The notes beneath the pieces were generated by a model. It was given only the letters and a program-made list of their open reading frames with translations. It searched no databases and was not told where the DNA came from. From an uncultured Lentisphaerota bacterium (GTDB taxonomy: Bacteria; Verrucomicrobiota; Lentisphaeria; Oligosphaerales; CAITYL01), in NCBI GenBank assembly GCA_903896595.1, contig CAITYL010000021.1:852-64851 (forward strand): 64,000 nucleotides of DNA, in the 5' to 3' direction. Positions 25,824-35,412 of this stretch are shown here, piece after piece (the first letter of the stretch is position 1; each line of letters begins with the position of its first letter). A program made the translations under genes and the position numbers.

Positions 25824-28457
25824 TCACCCCAGCAGCCGCACGGGGCCGAGCAGGCCGGCGGGGTCCTGGGCGCGGAAACGATCATTGACCGGGTGGGAAC
25901 ACTGCTTGGCCAGGGTGTTGGTGACGTCGATGCGCAGGGTGTGCGCCCCGGCGGCCACCGGGCCCGGCAGCTCAAAGTGGTACGGCGGCGCGATGCGGAC
26001 GCCGCAGGGCTGGCCGTCGAACCAGGCTTCCGCCAGTTCGTAGACCTCGCCCAGGTCAAGGACGGCCGGGCCGGCGCCGAACGGGGCGTCCAGCGTAAAC
26101 TCCAGGTCGTAGCGCACGGTGCCGGAGAGGGCGGGCAGCAGGCCGGGCACGGCCCAGTTGCCGGGGCCGCGGAGGCGCGGTTCGGGGGTGAACTCGGGGT
26201 ACTGTTCCGCGGTGGCCGTGGCGGCGCGCCAGCTGCCCGTCAGCGGCAGTGCCGTTCCGGTCAAGGGGGCAGGGCGTTGTAGCCGGGCACGCGCCGCCGG
26301 GAAGTTGGGATCAAAGACCACAAAGCGTGACTCGTACGGTTCCAGGCGCAGCTTGAGTTGGCCGTCTGCCGTCTGGTCGGGAGCCGTCCAGCGGTCCGCC
26401 AGCGCGTCATAGAGCACGGGTGGCATGTTTGCCGGGGCGCCGGGGAAGGCGAGGCGGGCGGTGACGGCCTGCCGCGGGTCTTCGTTGACCAGGAAATAGA
26501 GGTGCGCGGTGTCCTGGACGTAGTGGTAGACGCGCAGGGTTTCGCTCCGCTCAGCGACCGTCACGTCCAAGGGAACGGCTTGCCGCAGATGCTCCACCAG
26601 GCCGGCCAAAGGGAGCTCCCGTAGGCAGTCGCGGCCGGCGGCGGTGCAGTGGCGGCGCACGGTGTCCGTCAGGGTGGCGCCGGCGGCCGTGGCGGCGGTG
26701 GACGGTTGCAGGAAGAGCAGGGGCAGGCCGGCATCGGCGACGGCGGCCAGGCGGGCCAGGAACGGCTCGGGCAGCCGTTCGGCATAGGGCAGCACCAGGG
26801 CGCCGAAGCTCTCGCCGTTGATGACGAGGCGATGATTGACGACTTGGGCGGCGGCGGAGAGCAGGTCGTCGATGGCCACCACGTCACAGTCGATCTGCGC
26901 CTGGGCCAGCGGCTTTACCGCAGTCTCAAACGGCTCGTAGCGTCCCAGCCATTCCGCCTCGGCGTGGTAGAGCACCGCCACGGACGCGACATGCCGGCCG
27001 CCGCTCAGCAGGTGGCAGAGCCGGTTGGCATAGGCCATCAGCAGGTGGAAATGGCGCCACTGCGGGTTGTGGCCGCAGGCATAGAAGTGCGGCGGGTTGT
27101 CAGCATCCGGGAATTCGAGCGAGAAGGCGTGTGGGATGATCAAATTCACGCCGCGGACGCAGACATGGTCGGTGAGCCATTTCATCAGGCGCAGCCCTTC
27201 CTGCCAGCCGTAGGCGCCGTAAAGCTCGCAGACGGTGGTGCCGTGTTTGGCCGGATCCAGATGGCCGAGGGAGGCGGCCATCTTGGCCAGCCCCCAGTAG
27301 AAGAATTCCGCATTGAGTTCGGAGAAGGGGGAGTTGTGCCAGCCGCCGGTGAATTCCGGCAGTATCTGGTGCACGATGTCGAGTCCGGAGGCGTCGAAAC
27401 CGCGCATGGAGCGGAAAAAATGGCCGGCGCCGTAGCCGAGACGGGCGTGGGCGCCGTTGTCCTCGATCACATGCCCGATATTGCGGACGCCGCGGGCGCG
27501 GCACCAGTCGCCGATCTGGCTCAGGTAATCGCGGCCGAAACGGCGGGTCACCACGTCCATGTAAGTGAAGCGCAGGCGGGCCTGCAATTCCGCATCGCCG
27601 CCATCGTACCACAGCAGCGGCAGCAACGTTGCGAACTCCTCCTTGCCCCAAGTGGCGCCAAGCTCCGCCAGCAGGTCGTCGCACCATGGCAGGACCATGG
27701 GGGTCTCGCCAAGGCGTGCCTCGTAGCTGGGGAAGTTGCCGAAGCGCGGCTCGTCGGTGAAGAAGCCGGCAAAGGTGCGGCCGAACTCGGCGGCGTAGCG
27801 AGCGTAGTGCGGCTCATGCACAGTGTCGAGATAGGCGCGGGCCGCGGCCGGGTCCAGGGGGTTGATCTGCTCGTTCATGCCGCCCTCGGCGCCGTGGCGG
27901 GTGCGGACCAGAATGAACAGGCGCCAGGCGCCCTCGGGCAGGTCCCAGTAGAGAATGCCGTCGTGCAGGCGGTCGGTAAGGTCGAGCAGCGAGGTGGCGA
28001 TAATCGTTGTGTGACCGGTCCGGCGGGCGGCCAGGACGCGCACCACGGTTTCATCCTTTTCCAGCCAGTGCCTGACCAGGAAGGAGGCGCCGGGCAGGGG
28101 GCCGGCGGCGTCAAGGTGCCGTTCCGCCAGGAAGATTTTGGTGAGTTCGGGATGTTCGGCGGCGACTCGCTTGGCCGCGAAACCGCTGGGGAAGTATTTG
28201 TCGTCGAACACCCAGACCTTCATGCCGCGTTGGCGCGCCTCGTCCAGGATGATGTCGAGGTCGCGCCACCAGTTGGGGCCGAGGAAGTCGGGGTGCGGCC
28301 GGGATTCCAAAATGACCGCGCCGATGCCGGCGCCATGCATCCGCGCCATCTCGTCGCGCAAGACGGCCTCCGGTTCCCCGCGCTGCCAGAACAGCGGGCA
28401 GATGGAGCTGGGCAGCGGTTTCTGGTCGACCAAGTCGTAAAGATGCTGAAGCGGCAT
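25824..28457 (-). CDS. large glycoside hydrolase with C-terminal galactose-binding/jelly-roll domain (GH106-like, family not verified)
   Basis: 877 aa with no signal peptide. PLFWQRGEPE ... GIGAVILESRPHPDFLGPNWW ... KVWVFDDKYFPSG. The C-terminal VLDLGEVYELAEAWFDGQPCGVRIAPPYHFEL is jelly-roll-like. Confidence 0.6.
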   Translation of the reverse strand: MPLQHLYDLVDQKPLPSSICPLFWQRGEPEAVLRDEMARMHGAGIGAVILESRPHPDFLGPNWWRDLDIILDEARQRGMKVWVFDDKYFPSGFAAKRVAAEHPELTKIFLAERHLDAAGPLPGASFLVRHWLEKDETVVRVLAARRTGHTTIIATSLLDLTDRLHDGILYWDLPEGAWRLFILVRTRHGAEGGMNEQINPLDPAAARAYLDTVHEPHYARYAAEFGRTFAGFFTDEPRFGNFPSYEARLGETPMVLPWCDDLLAELGATWGKEEFATLLPLLWYDGGDAELQARLRFTYMDVVTRRFGRDYLSQIGDWCRARGVRNIGHVIEDNGAHARLGYGAGHFFRSMRGFDASGLDIVHQILPEFTGGWHNSPFSELNAEFFYWGLAKMAASLGHLDPAKHGTTVCELYGAYGWQEGLRLMKWLTDHVCVRGVNLIIPHAFSLEFPDADNPPHFYACGHNPQWRHFHLLMAYANRLCHLLSGGRHVASVAVLYHAEAEWLGRYEPFETAVKPLAQAQIDCDVVAIDDLLSAAAQVVNHRLVINGESFGALVLPYAERLPEPFLARLAAVADAGLPLLFLQPSTAATAAGATLTDTVRRHCTAAGRDCLRELPLAGLVEHLRQAVPLDVTVAERSETLRVYHYVQDTAHLYFLVNEDPRQAVTARLAFPGAPANMPPVLYDALADRWTAPDQTADGQLKLRLEPYESRFVVFDPNFPAARARLQRPAPLTGTALPLTGSWRAATATAEQYPEFTPEPRLRGPGNWAVPGLLPALSGTVRYDLEFTLDAPFGAGPAVLDLGEVYELAEAWFDGQPCGVRIAPPYHFELPGPVAAGAHTLRIDVTNTLAKQCSHPVNDRFRAQDPAGLLGPVRLLG

Positions 28458-28525
28458 GGCGAGTCCCTCGTTAATGCCGCGTAATGTATCGTTGGAATCG
28501 ACCGCCCCCGGGAAAGTGGTTTTGT

Positions 28526-28630
28526 AGGACCATTAGGACTCTTGGGACCATTGGGACACTTGGGACTGGCGGTGGTTTCCGCCGGCGTCCTAATGGTCCC
28601 AAGAGTCTTAATGGTCCCAAGGGTCCTTTG
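28526..28630. repeat. 9-nt periodic word palindrome, GGACC/GGTCC type, copy 2 (inverted)
   Basis: aggaccattaggactcttgggaccattgggacacttgggactggcggtggtttccgccggcgtcctaatggtcccaagagtcttaatggtcccaagggtcc. Confidence 0.85.
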
Positions 28631-28726
28631 GGATGGATGATTAACGATGGGATATTATTGCCGATTATGCGGTGCTTCCAGGCCCAACGAAGCCTTTTCC
28701 GGGAAGGGGCATCGTACCCCCGATCC

Positions 28727-30247
28727 TTATTGCGGCGCGACGACGTTCAGTTCCCGCAGGCGCAGGTTGCGGAACACGGCGCTGCCGCTTTCGACAAACA
28801 AGCCCAAGTCGCCGCCAATGCCGCGGTAACGGCTGAATGCCAGTTTCAGGATGTCGTCGACATAGACTTCGAGGTGTTCCAGGCGGTTGACCACCCGCAG
28901 CCGGTACGGCCGGTGCTGCGTGATGGCCGCTTGTCGCTTCTCAATGAAATCGCACCAGGGATGCGCCTCGAAGTGGACAGCTTGTTCCCGGGCGTCCAGC
29001 ATCAGCAAGTCCCCGCTCCCGCGGTCCGCCTGGCGAACGCAGAAGCCGGCGGCCGAACAATCCTCCAGCGTCACTTCCGCTTCCAAGATAAAACTCGGCA
29101 ACGGCTGCGCCAGCGGCAGCACGCTCCAGCAGGTGGGATTGGTGATGCGGATCGCATCGCCAAGCGACAACTGGCCGGACTGCAACGGCCAAAGCTGTCC
29201 CCACGCCTCCGCCCATTTCTTCTTAACCGTCTCCCAGTCGAAGACAATGTCCTTCCCGGCTTTCTTTTCAATGCGGTCGCTGTAGGCCACCCCCAGGGCG
29301 TCGCCGCTGGTTTTTAGCACCTTCGGTGTGGTGACGGTGCCAAAACCAACCGCTTCGCCGTCGGAGCGCTTGCCCCGTTCGCGATCGGTATAGAGAATAT
29401 GGCGTTCGCCTTCCCACAGGAACGACCGCACTGACAACGGCGCCGAGGCCTTGGCTCCCAGCAGGACGTTGTCCGCCAGTTCGTAGAATGGCCCCGCCGG
29501 ATGTTCCGCCACCAGGTAGATCGTGCCGAAGCAGAGGTTCGGATCGGTGAAAATCCGGCGGTTGCCGTAGATGTTGCCGGTCAGGCAGGTCATGTACCAG
29601 CGTCCGTCCATGAAAAACACATCCGGGACTTCAACGCAGGCGTATTTCGCGGAGGTGAACGCCGGCGGCAGTTGCCGCCACTGTAGCAGGTCATCGGAAT
29701 AGGCGCAGCCGATTACGGTGGTTTCCGGAAGGGTCGCCGCCGGCCGGCGCGTGGCAAAATAACCGTACCAGCCGGGGCCGGCTGGATCCTTGATCACAAT
29801 CAGATCGCGACAATCAACGGTGCCGTGCGTGGGCGCCGCCGGCGTCGCATACCAGCGGGGATCGGGAGTGATGACCGGATTGCCGGCGTAACGGACAAAG
29901 GCGTTTCCGTCGTCGCCCATGGCCAGGCCGATGTGCTGCTCACGGCAGTCGGTGCGCGAGCCGCGCATGGTGTAATAAAGATAGCTTTTCCCCTGATGAT
30001 GGACGGCCGAGCCGGTCCAGGGCTGGCGGTCATCATCGGGATCGGCGGGATTGGGGCCGAGAACGGGGGCGAGTTCCCGCCAGTCGATCAGATCCGTCGT
30101 GAACGCATGCCCGAGCTGATCCTGAACCCGGTCGGCGGCGGCGTCCCCAGGATGGCGGGTGCGCTGGAGGTGGTACATGTGCAGGCCGCCGGGGACCGGC
30201 ATGTACCAGGCGTCCCAGATATACATTCCCGCGGGTGAGTAATTCAT
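28727..30247 (-). CDS. GH32-like (clan GH-J) five-bladed beta-propeller glycoside hydrolase with C-terminal beta-sandwich
   Basis: 506 aa. IWDAWYM (nucleophile Asp context), WTGSAV, CRDLIVIKDP (RDP-like) and VEVPDVFF (ECPD-like acid/base) follow the order of GH32 motifs. Confidence 0.6.
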   Translation of the reverse strand: MNYSPAGMYIWDAWYMPVPGGLHMYHLQRTRHPGDAAADRVQDQLGHAFTTDLIDWRELAPVLGPNPADPDDDRQPWTGSAVHHQGKSYLYYTMRGSRTDCREQHIGLAMGDDGNAFVRYAGNPVITPDPRWYATPAAPTHGTVDCRDLIVIKDPAGPGWYGYFATRRPAATLPETTVIGCAYSDDLLQWRQLPPAFTSAKYACVEVPDVFFMDGRWYMTCLTGNIYGNRRIFTDPNLCFGTIYLVAEHPAGPFYELADNVLLGAKASAPLSVRSFLWEGERHILYTDRERGKRSDGEAVGFGTVTTPKVLKTSGDALGVAYSDRIEKKAGKDIVFDWETVKKKWAEAWGQLWPLQSGQLSLGDAIRITNPTCWSVLPLAQPLPSFILEAEVTLEDCSAAGFCVRQADRGSGDLLMLDAREQAVHFEAHPWCDFIEKRQAAITQHRPYRLRVVNRLEHLEVYVDDILKLAFSRYRGIGGDLGLFVESGSAVFRNLRLRELNVVAPQ

Positions 30248-30350
30248 GATTTTTCCTTGCCTGGAGGTATGTTTTTAATCTTACCTGAACTATTATATCA
30301 ACCGCCATAGACAATAAAAGACTTATTTTACGTCAAACAGGTATGATTTC
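30248..30350. promoter_or_regulatory. AT-rich divergent promoter region between the GH32-like gene and the AraC regulator
   Basis: 103-bp spacer much more AT-rich than its surroundings (ttttaatcttacctgaactattatatcaacc...aaaagacttattttacg). One of the few spacers without hairpin repeats. Confidence 0.35.
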
Positions 30351-31223
30351 ATGACACAGCCGCCCAATACAATCCCGCGCGAACTGGAGGTTCAGGATTT
30401 CCGCTCCCCCCTGGGCCGCATCCAGCTCAACCTGTCGCGGAACGGCGACGTGTCAGCGTTCACCTTCGATATTTTGCGCTGCCAATACGTTATCCACCAT
30501 GCGGCGCGTCAGTTTATCCATCCGGCGCCGCCATTCTGCCGGCTGTTTCTGTTTTTCAAAGCAGGCGGGCGGATCGTCATGGACGGACGGCAAACCGAGT
30601 TTGTGCCCGGAACACTCTACTTGTTGGGCGACGAACATCCGTTTCAGACCACCTACGACCAAGGGTCGGAACTGCTTTATATCCATGTGTGTGCGACTGA
30701 CCACACCTTGCGCTCGATTTTTACCGGCGGCCAAGGTGTGCGCACGCTCGACTATCCGGAAATGAGCACGCTTCTGAGCAGGGCGTACCGGAATGGCGGC
30801 GCCCTGGAAATCCAGTCCGCGGTCACGGCCGTGCTGGGACGTTTCGCCGCCGCCGAACTGCCGCAGTTGCAGGAACGCCATTTGCTCTCCCGCCACTTCC
30901 TGCCGATCTTTGAGGCGGCGGGAAAAACGCCCCCGGCGCAGTTGCGGGTTGAAGAGCTTGCCGCAACCATGCGGATGACGCCGTCGGCCCTGTCCAAAAG
31001 TTTCCGCCGCCGCACCGGCATGACCCTGAAGGAGTACCTGACCCGGCTCTACCTGAAACGGGCCGGAGAGTTGCTGCTCTATTCTAATGCCCCGACCAAA
31101 GAGATCGCCGTCACTCTGGGGCATCCAGACCCGCATTATTTCTACGATACGTTCAAGCGGCTCGCTGGCTGCACCCCGACGGCCTATCGCACCCGGCATC
31201 GGGGGTATGCTTTGTTGGGCTGA
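30351..31223 (+). CDS. AraC family transcriptional regulator
   Basis: 290 aa. C-terminal double HTH LRVEELAATMRMTPSALSKSFRRRTGMTLKEYLTRLYLKRAGELLLYSNAPTKEIAVTLGHPDPHYFYDTFKRLAGCTPTAYR. Divergent from the GH32-like gene. Confidence 0.9.
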   Translation: MTQPPNTIPRELEVQDFRSPLGRIQLNLSRNGDVSAFTFDILRCQYVIHHAARQFIHPAPPFCRLFLFFKAGGRIVMDGRQTEFVPGTLYLLGDEHPFQTTYDQGSELLYIHVCATDHTLRSIFTGGQGVRTLDYPEMSTLLSRAYRNGGALEIQSAVTAVLGRFAAAELPQLQERHLLSRHFLPIFEAAGKTPPAQLRVEELAATMRMTPSALSKSFRRRTGMTLKEYLTRLYLKRAGELLLYSNAPTKEIAVTLGHPDPHYFYDTFKRLAGCTPTAYRTRHRGYALLG

Positions 31224-31254
31224 AGCATTTTTAGCTGTAGCGCCGTTTTCAAAA

Positions 31255-31325
31255 GTAACGTGGTTTTTTCATAACCGGGAGCCGCCCGTCCTCGGGCGGA
31301 CGAACCAGTCATCGTCGGAGACGCA
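31255..31325. repeat. repeat family D, copy 2 (inverted)
   Basis: gtaacgtggttttttcataaccgggagccgcccgtcctcgggcggacgaaccagtcatcgtcggagacgca. Confidence 0.8.
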
Positions 31326-31388
31326 CATAATTTGGTTTGGCGGACGGTGGCCCAATAAAAAGGGCGGAACTGGGGTGACGCCATCGCG

Positions 31389-31416
31389 GTCCGCCCGAGG
31401 CCGGGCGGCTCCCGGT
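31389..31416. repeat. repeat family D core, copy 3
   Basis: gtccgcccgaggccgggcggctcccggt forms an inverted pair with the core at 31274-31305. Confidence 0.75.
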
Positions 31417-31443
31417 CTTGAAATAACGCCGAGATTAAAAATC

Positions 31444-31905
31444 TTACCCGGCCAAAATGAAGGTCAGGTCATTGACGTTGGTGTTGGTGGGGCCGGTGCG
31501 CAGCAGGCCGCCGGCGCGGTCAAAAAAGGAGTAGGCGTCATTGGCCGCGAGAAAGGCCGCGGCGTCCAGCCCCTGTTCGCGCGCCAGTCGCACCGTGTCG
31601 CCAGTGACCACGGCGCCGGCGGCATCGGTGGGGCCGTCGGTGCCGTCGGTGGCCAGGGCGATCACGGTCACCCCGTCCCAGCCGTCCAGCGCCAGGGCCG
31701 CCGCCAGTGCCAGTTCCTGGTTGCGGCCGCCGCGGCCGGCACCGCGCACGGTGACCGTGGTCTCGCCGCCCAAAATGACACAGGCCGGGCGCGCCAGCGG
31801 CATGCTATCCGCAATCAGCGATTTGGCGATGCCGGCCACCACCCGCGCCACTTCCCGCGCCTCGCCTTCGACATAGTGCTTGGGGACGGGTGAATGGTGA
31901 TTCAT
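31444..31905 (-). CDS. MOFRL-domain protein: only the C-terminal third of a glycerate 2-kinase / hydroxypyruvate reductase-type gene
   Basis: 153 aa. PACVILGGETTVTVRGAGRGGRNQELALAAAL...ATDGTDGPTDAAGA...TGPTNTNVNDL is the MOFRL domain. The usual ~270-aa N-terminal domain is absent. The start overlaps the fucosidase stop (TGATG). Confidence 0.65.
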   Translation of the reverse strand: MNHHSPVPKHYVEGEAREVARVVAGIAKSLIADSMPLARPACVILGGETTVTVRGAGRGGRNQELALAAALALDGWDGVTVIALATDGTDGPTDAAGAVVTGDTVRLAREQGLDAAAFLAANDAYSFFDRAGGLLRTGPTNTNVNDLTFILAG

Positions 31906-33230
31906 CAGGCAAAGCCGGTTAGTTCAAAAACGACCGGACCGCTGGCAAGACCCCGTGGGGCAGCCGACCGAAGGTGAATCTCGTCCCCGGTGGGTGCCCA
32001 CTCCACCGGCGCACCATCCAGGCGGCGGATCACCGCGTGCGGGCCCGGCCGGGGTTGGACCAACCGCCATTCCCCAACGCCACAGTCAAAACAAATGGCA
32101 AACACGCGTTCGTCGGCAACCGTATAAAACAGGTCATCGCCTTCCGACGGCACCCGCCAGGGACGGGTGCCGTAGATGGCCGCGCCATTTTCCCCGAGCC
32201 AGCGCCCAAGAGTCAGCAGGCGCTCCTGCATGACCACCGGAATGGAACCGTCGGCGGCTGGGCCGATATTGAGCAATAGATTGCCGCCCCGACTGACGGT
32301 CGTCACCAACAGCCGCAGCAACTGGTCAGCCGCCAGGTAGTCCGCGGCGTCCTCGTTGCGGTTGAAGCCGAAGGAATAGCCGATGCTCCGGCACTCCTCC
32401 CATTTGCGGTGAGCGGCCAGCTCGGTACCGTGCTCGTCCACCTTGCCGTACTCCGTGGTGAAATATCCGCCATGCCGGCTGCGGGTATCCTTTCCCCAGC
32501 GGTCATTCACCACAATTTCATCTTTCACCGCCGACTCATTGAAGAGCCAGGCCAGGAATTCAGGACTGTGATAGACCGCGCTGTCATGGTCCCATTCCCC
32601 GTCAGTGAACAGCAGCGAGGGGTGATATTGCCCGACCAGTTCCCGCAATTGCGGGATCATGTGTTCCAATGCGTATTGTTCCGGGGCCGCCTGATAGAGC
32701 GGCCGGTACCACTCCAAAAGGGAATAATAGGCGCCCATGCGCAACCCTTGGGCTCGGACAGCGGCGGCCAGTTCGCCGAACAAATCGCGGTGCGGCCCAA
32801 TGTCCTGGCTGTTCCAGTTCCAACTGTGGGTGCTGGGCCACAGGCAAAACCCGTCATGATGCTTGGCCGTGAGGACGACATAACGGGCGCCACTGGCGGC
32901 AAACAGTTCCGCCCAACGCGCCGGATCAAACAATTCAGCGCGGAAGTGCGGGGCGAAGTCCGCATAACGGCACTGGGCGCCGTAAGTTTGGGTGTGAAAC
33001 GCCGCCGTTTGGCCCGCCTTTTCGTTCATATTCCACCCATACCATTCGGCATAGGCGGCGCCGGCGTAGGCGGCATCCCGGCGGCGGGGTGCCCAGGCCG
33101 GGACGGAGTAAAGTCCCCAATGGATGAAAATCCCGAATTTTGCCTCGTCAAACCACCCCGGTACCGGGCGGCGGTCAAGCGATTCCCACAACGGTTGCCA
33201 AGCCATAAACGTCATCTGACCGTTCTCCAT
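31905..33230 (-). CDS. alpha-L-fucosidase (GH29)
   Basis: 441 aa. PVPGWFDEAKFGIFIHWGLYSVPAW ... YVVLTAKHHDGFCLWPS ... is the GH29 signature region. Confidence 0.9.
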   Translation of the reverse strand: MENGQMTFMAWQPLWESLDRRPVPGWFDEAKFGIFIHWGLYSVPAWAPRRRDAAYAGAAYAEWYGWNMNEKAGQTAAFHTQTYGAQCRYADFAPHFRAELFDPARWAELFAASGARYVVLTAKHHDGFCLWPSTHSWNWNSQDIGPHRDLFGELAAAVRAQGLRMGAYYSLLEWYRPLYQAAPEQYALEHMIPQLRELVGQYHPSLLFTDGEWDHDSAVYHSPEFLAWLFNESAVKDEIVVNDRWGKDTRSRHGGYFTTEYGKVDEHGTELAAHRKWEECRSIGYSFGFNRNEDAADYLAADQLLRLLVTTVSRGGNLLLNIGPAADGSIPVVMQERLLTLGRWLGENGAAIYGTRPWRVPSEGDDLFYTVADERVFAICFDCGVGEWRLVQPRPGPHAVIRRLDGAPVEWAPTGDEIHLRSAAPRGLASGPVVFELTGFA

Positions 33231-33247
33231 CTGCCATGGCCTTCACA

Positions 33248-33267
33248 TTTCACCTGTCCCTTGAAGG
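33248..33267. repeat. leader motif TTCACCTGTCCCTTGAAGG (minus strand CCTTCAAGGGACAGGTGAA), copy upstream of the fucosidase gene
   Basis: 18 nt upstream of the ATG at 33230. The same word occurs at 35265-35315. Confidence 0.7.
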
Positions 33268-33296
33268 CCTTCCGGCGTCACACGCCGTGGTTTCAC

Positions 33297-35225
33297 TTAC
33301 AAGATATTTTCCCGGTAGCGACGGTTGGTCAGGTACAGGTAAACCGCGGCTGACCACTGATAGTCGGGCGAACCGCCGCCCGGCCGTTGCGGATCGCTGA
33401 AATAACATTCCAGAATTTTGTCGCCCCGGTCGATCATCGCCAGCAGCCGGTCGGCGGCATCGTCGGCCTGCCGCCGGTAGCCGTTGGCCCACAGCATTTC
33501 CAAAATCCAGGTGGTCGTATGCGGCCAAATCCGGCCGCGCCAGTAGCCGCAGGGGTCATACTGCGGATCGTCATAGGCCACATACGGAAACGGCTGCGGA
33601 CCAAAGAACCGTTGCGGGTTGAGGGCATTGTCCTTAAGCAAGGTTTGCTTGACCTCGTCGGGCAGCGGCATGCCGGCCCAAACCGGCAGCAAGGAGGTCA
33701 GCACACGGACGCGATTGAAGGCTTGGCACTGGTGATCATAATCGTGGAAATAACCCGTTTCGCGGTCCCAGCAAACGTCCAGCAGGCGTTGCGGAATCGC
33801 GTCCACGGCGGCCATGACGGCGGCGGCATTCACGTCATCGCCAACCAGACGGTAGAGCTTGGACAGACAGCGGGCCTCCATGTAGATGTAGCTGTTATAG
33901 GCCACTGACGCCACCGGCGGCAGGAAGCAGCACCCGGAAAATCCGGTGCAGGAAAGATGGGCCATGTAACGATCATATTGCGGCGAGTTGTCGGCGCTTT
34001 GTCCGGTAAAACGGACTTCGATCAGACCGTCGCGGTCATGGTCCTGGGTCTGGAGATACCAGTCAAACACGCCCCGTACCCGTGGCAGGATTTCGCGGAC
34101 AAAACCGAGATTTTCCCAGCGGCGGTACAGGTGCAGGATGCCCCATCCCTCCAACGGTGCCTGCGGATAAAACGTCGAGCCCACCTCGTACTCATAACTG
34201 TGCGTGGGGACGCAACCGTCCGGACGCTGAAACGCATACAGCACCCGCAACGCATCCTCCGCCTGGCGCGGCGAAAATTCGCCGAGCCCGATGGCGCCAA
34301 AAATCGAATCCCAGAAAAATGCCGTGGACGCCCAGTCGGTGGCCATGCAAAAACTGGCGATGGATTGGCCCCAACGTCCGTGGACGCCCAAGTATCCGGT
34401 CCGGTCCAAGATCGCCGCCGCCCGCACTTCGCGGCTGTAGGAGGGACGTTCACGGCCGGGCAACGGCGCGATCCGGGCGCAAAAACGATTTTGGGCTTCC
34501 CCCCAGACGGCATTGAACTCTGATGCCGCCGGCAGTTCCCCCCATGCCATCGCCTGCTTCGGCGGCCGGTTTTCCATGTCCAGCAGAAACAATACGCTCT
34601 GCGGCTGTTTTAAGCTGCAGCCGCCGGCCTGAAGCCGGTAACCCGCCGACAACGGCTGGCAGGCCAGCGGACGGCCGGGCGCGGAAAGCCGCCAGCAGGC
34701 GCACCAGTCTTCGCCCGATGAGAAAAACCGGTCATTCTTGGCGTCGCGGGCACCAACGGCAAAGGCCACCGCGTCCTGCTGATTTTCGATTTTCCTTACG
34801 GCATAATCGGCAAACCAGCGGCCGTCGAACGCCAACTCGAGATCGCCATCGTACCCGTCGCCGGCCAACGCCAATTCCAGCAGATAGAGATTGTGCCGCG
34901 GACAGGTGATCCGGAGTTTTCCGGTAATCGCGCAGTTGCCCCAGCGGATTTCGCCGGACTGGGTTACCCCCCACGGATAGTGCTCAACACCGGATGCGGT
35001 TAACGGCTGCGCGGACGGCCAGTCAGTGGCTTTGATTTTGATCTGCAGCGATGGCGCCGTGGCCTGGCCGCGGATATTGTTCAAACCGCGGGTGCACAAC
35101 GCATCAATCCCAACGGTATTGCGAAGAAAAGTCACGACCAGATGGGAATAGCAATCAACGTATCCGGCATCCATCGCTTCCGGCGCAAACCGGTTTTTAA
35201 ACAACGTGTCTTCTTTTTGCTTCAT
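33297..35225 (-). CDS. (alpha/alpha)6-barrel glycoside hydrolase, GH63 / MGH1-like
   Basis: About 640 aa. FFWDSIFGAIGL ... DRDGLIE ... GQSADNSPQYD ... YWRGRIWPHTTTWILEMLW are typical of GH63/GH37-type six-hairpin enzymes. The ORF-track start at 35246 is TTG. The first ATG is at 35225. Confidence 0.65.
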   Translation of the reverse strand: MKQKEDTLFKNRFAPEAMDAGYVDCYSHLVVTFLRNTVGIDALCTRGLNNIRGQATAPSLQIKIKATDWPSAQPLTASGVEHYPWGVTQSGEIRWGNCAITGKLRITCPRHNLYLLELALAGDGYDGDLELAFDGRWFADYAVRKIENQQDAVAFAVGARDAKNDRFFSSGEDWCACWRLSAPGRPLACQPLSAGYRLQAGGCSLKQPQSVLFLLDMENRPPKQAMAWGELPAASEFNAVWGEAQNRFCARIAPLPGRERPSYSREVRAAAILDRTGYLGVHGRWGQSIASFCMATDWASTAFFWDSIFGAIGLGEFSPRQAEDALRVLYAFQRPDGCVPTHSYEYEVGSTFYPQAPLEGWGILHLYRRWENLGFVREILPRVRGVFDWYLQTQDHDRDGLIEVRFTGQSADNSPQYDRYMAHLSCTGFSGCCFLPPVASVAYNSYIYMEARCLSKLYRLVGDDVNAAAVMAAVDAIPQRLLDVCWDRETGYFHDYDHQCQAFNRVRVLTSLLPVWAGMPLPDEVKQTLLKDNALNPQRFFGPQPFPYVAYDDPQYDPCGYWRGRIWPHTTTWILEMLWANGYRRQADDAADRLLAMIDRGDKILECYFSDPQRPGGGSPDYQWSAAVYLYLTNRRYRENIL

Positions 35226-35264
35226 GCGATGATTACCCTTGTTCAAAGAGATAAGGCCCCATAA

Positions 35265-35315
35265 TTCACCTGTCCCTTGAAGATGTGCCTGTCCCTTGAA
35301 GATGCCTTGAAGACC
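35265..35315. repeat. leader motif, tandemly reiterated copy upstream of the GH63-like gene
   Basis: ttcacctgtcccttgaagatgtgcctgtcccttgaagatgccttgaagacc. Confidence 0.75.
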
Positions 35316-35316
35316 C

Positions 35317-35377
35317 CTGCAGTTCAGGGTTTGCAGCCCGGCGGGACGTCTCCGCCGCGCGACAAGCGCTCAACGAC
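35317..35377. repeat. repeat family G, copy 2
   Basis: ctgcagttcagggtttgcagcccggcgggacgtctccgccgcgcgacaagcgctcaacgac. Confidence 0.7.
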
Positions 35378-35412
35378 CACACCCCCCGGTCCGTTCTCAT
35401 GAATAATCCAGG

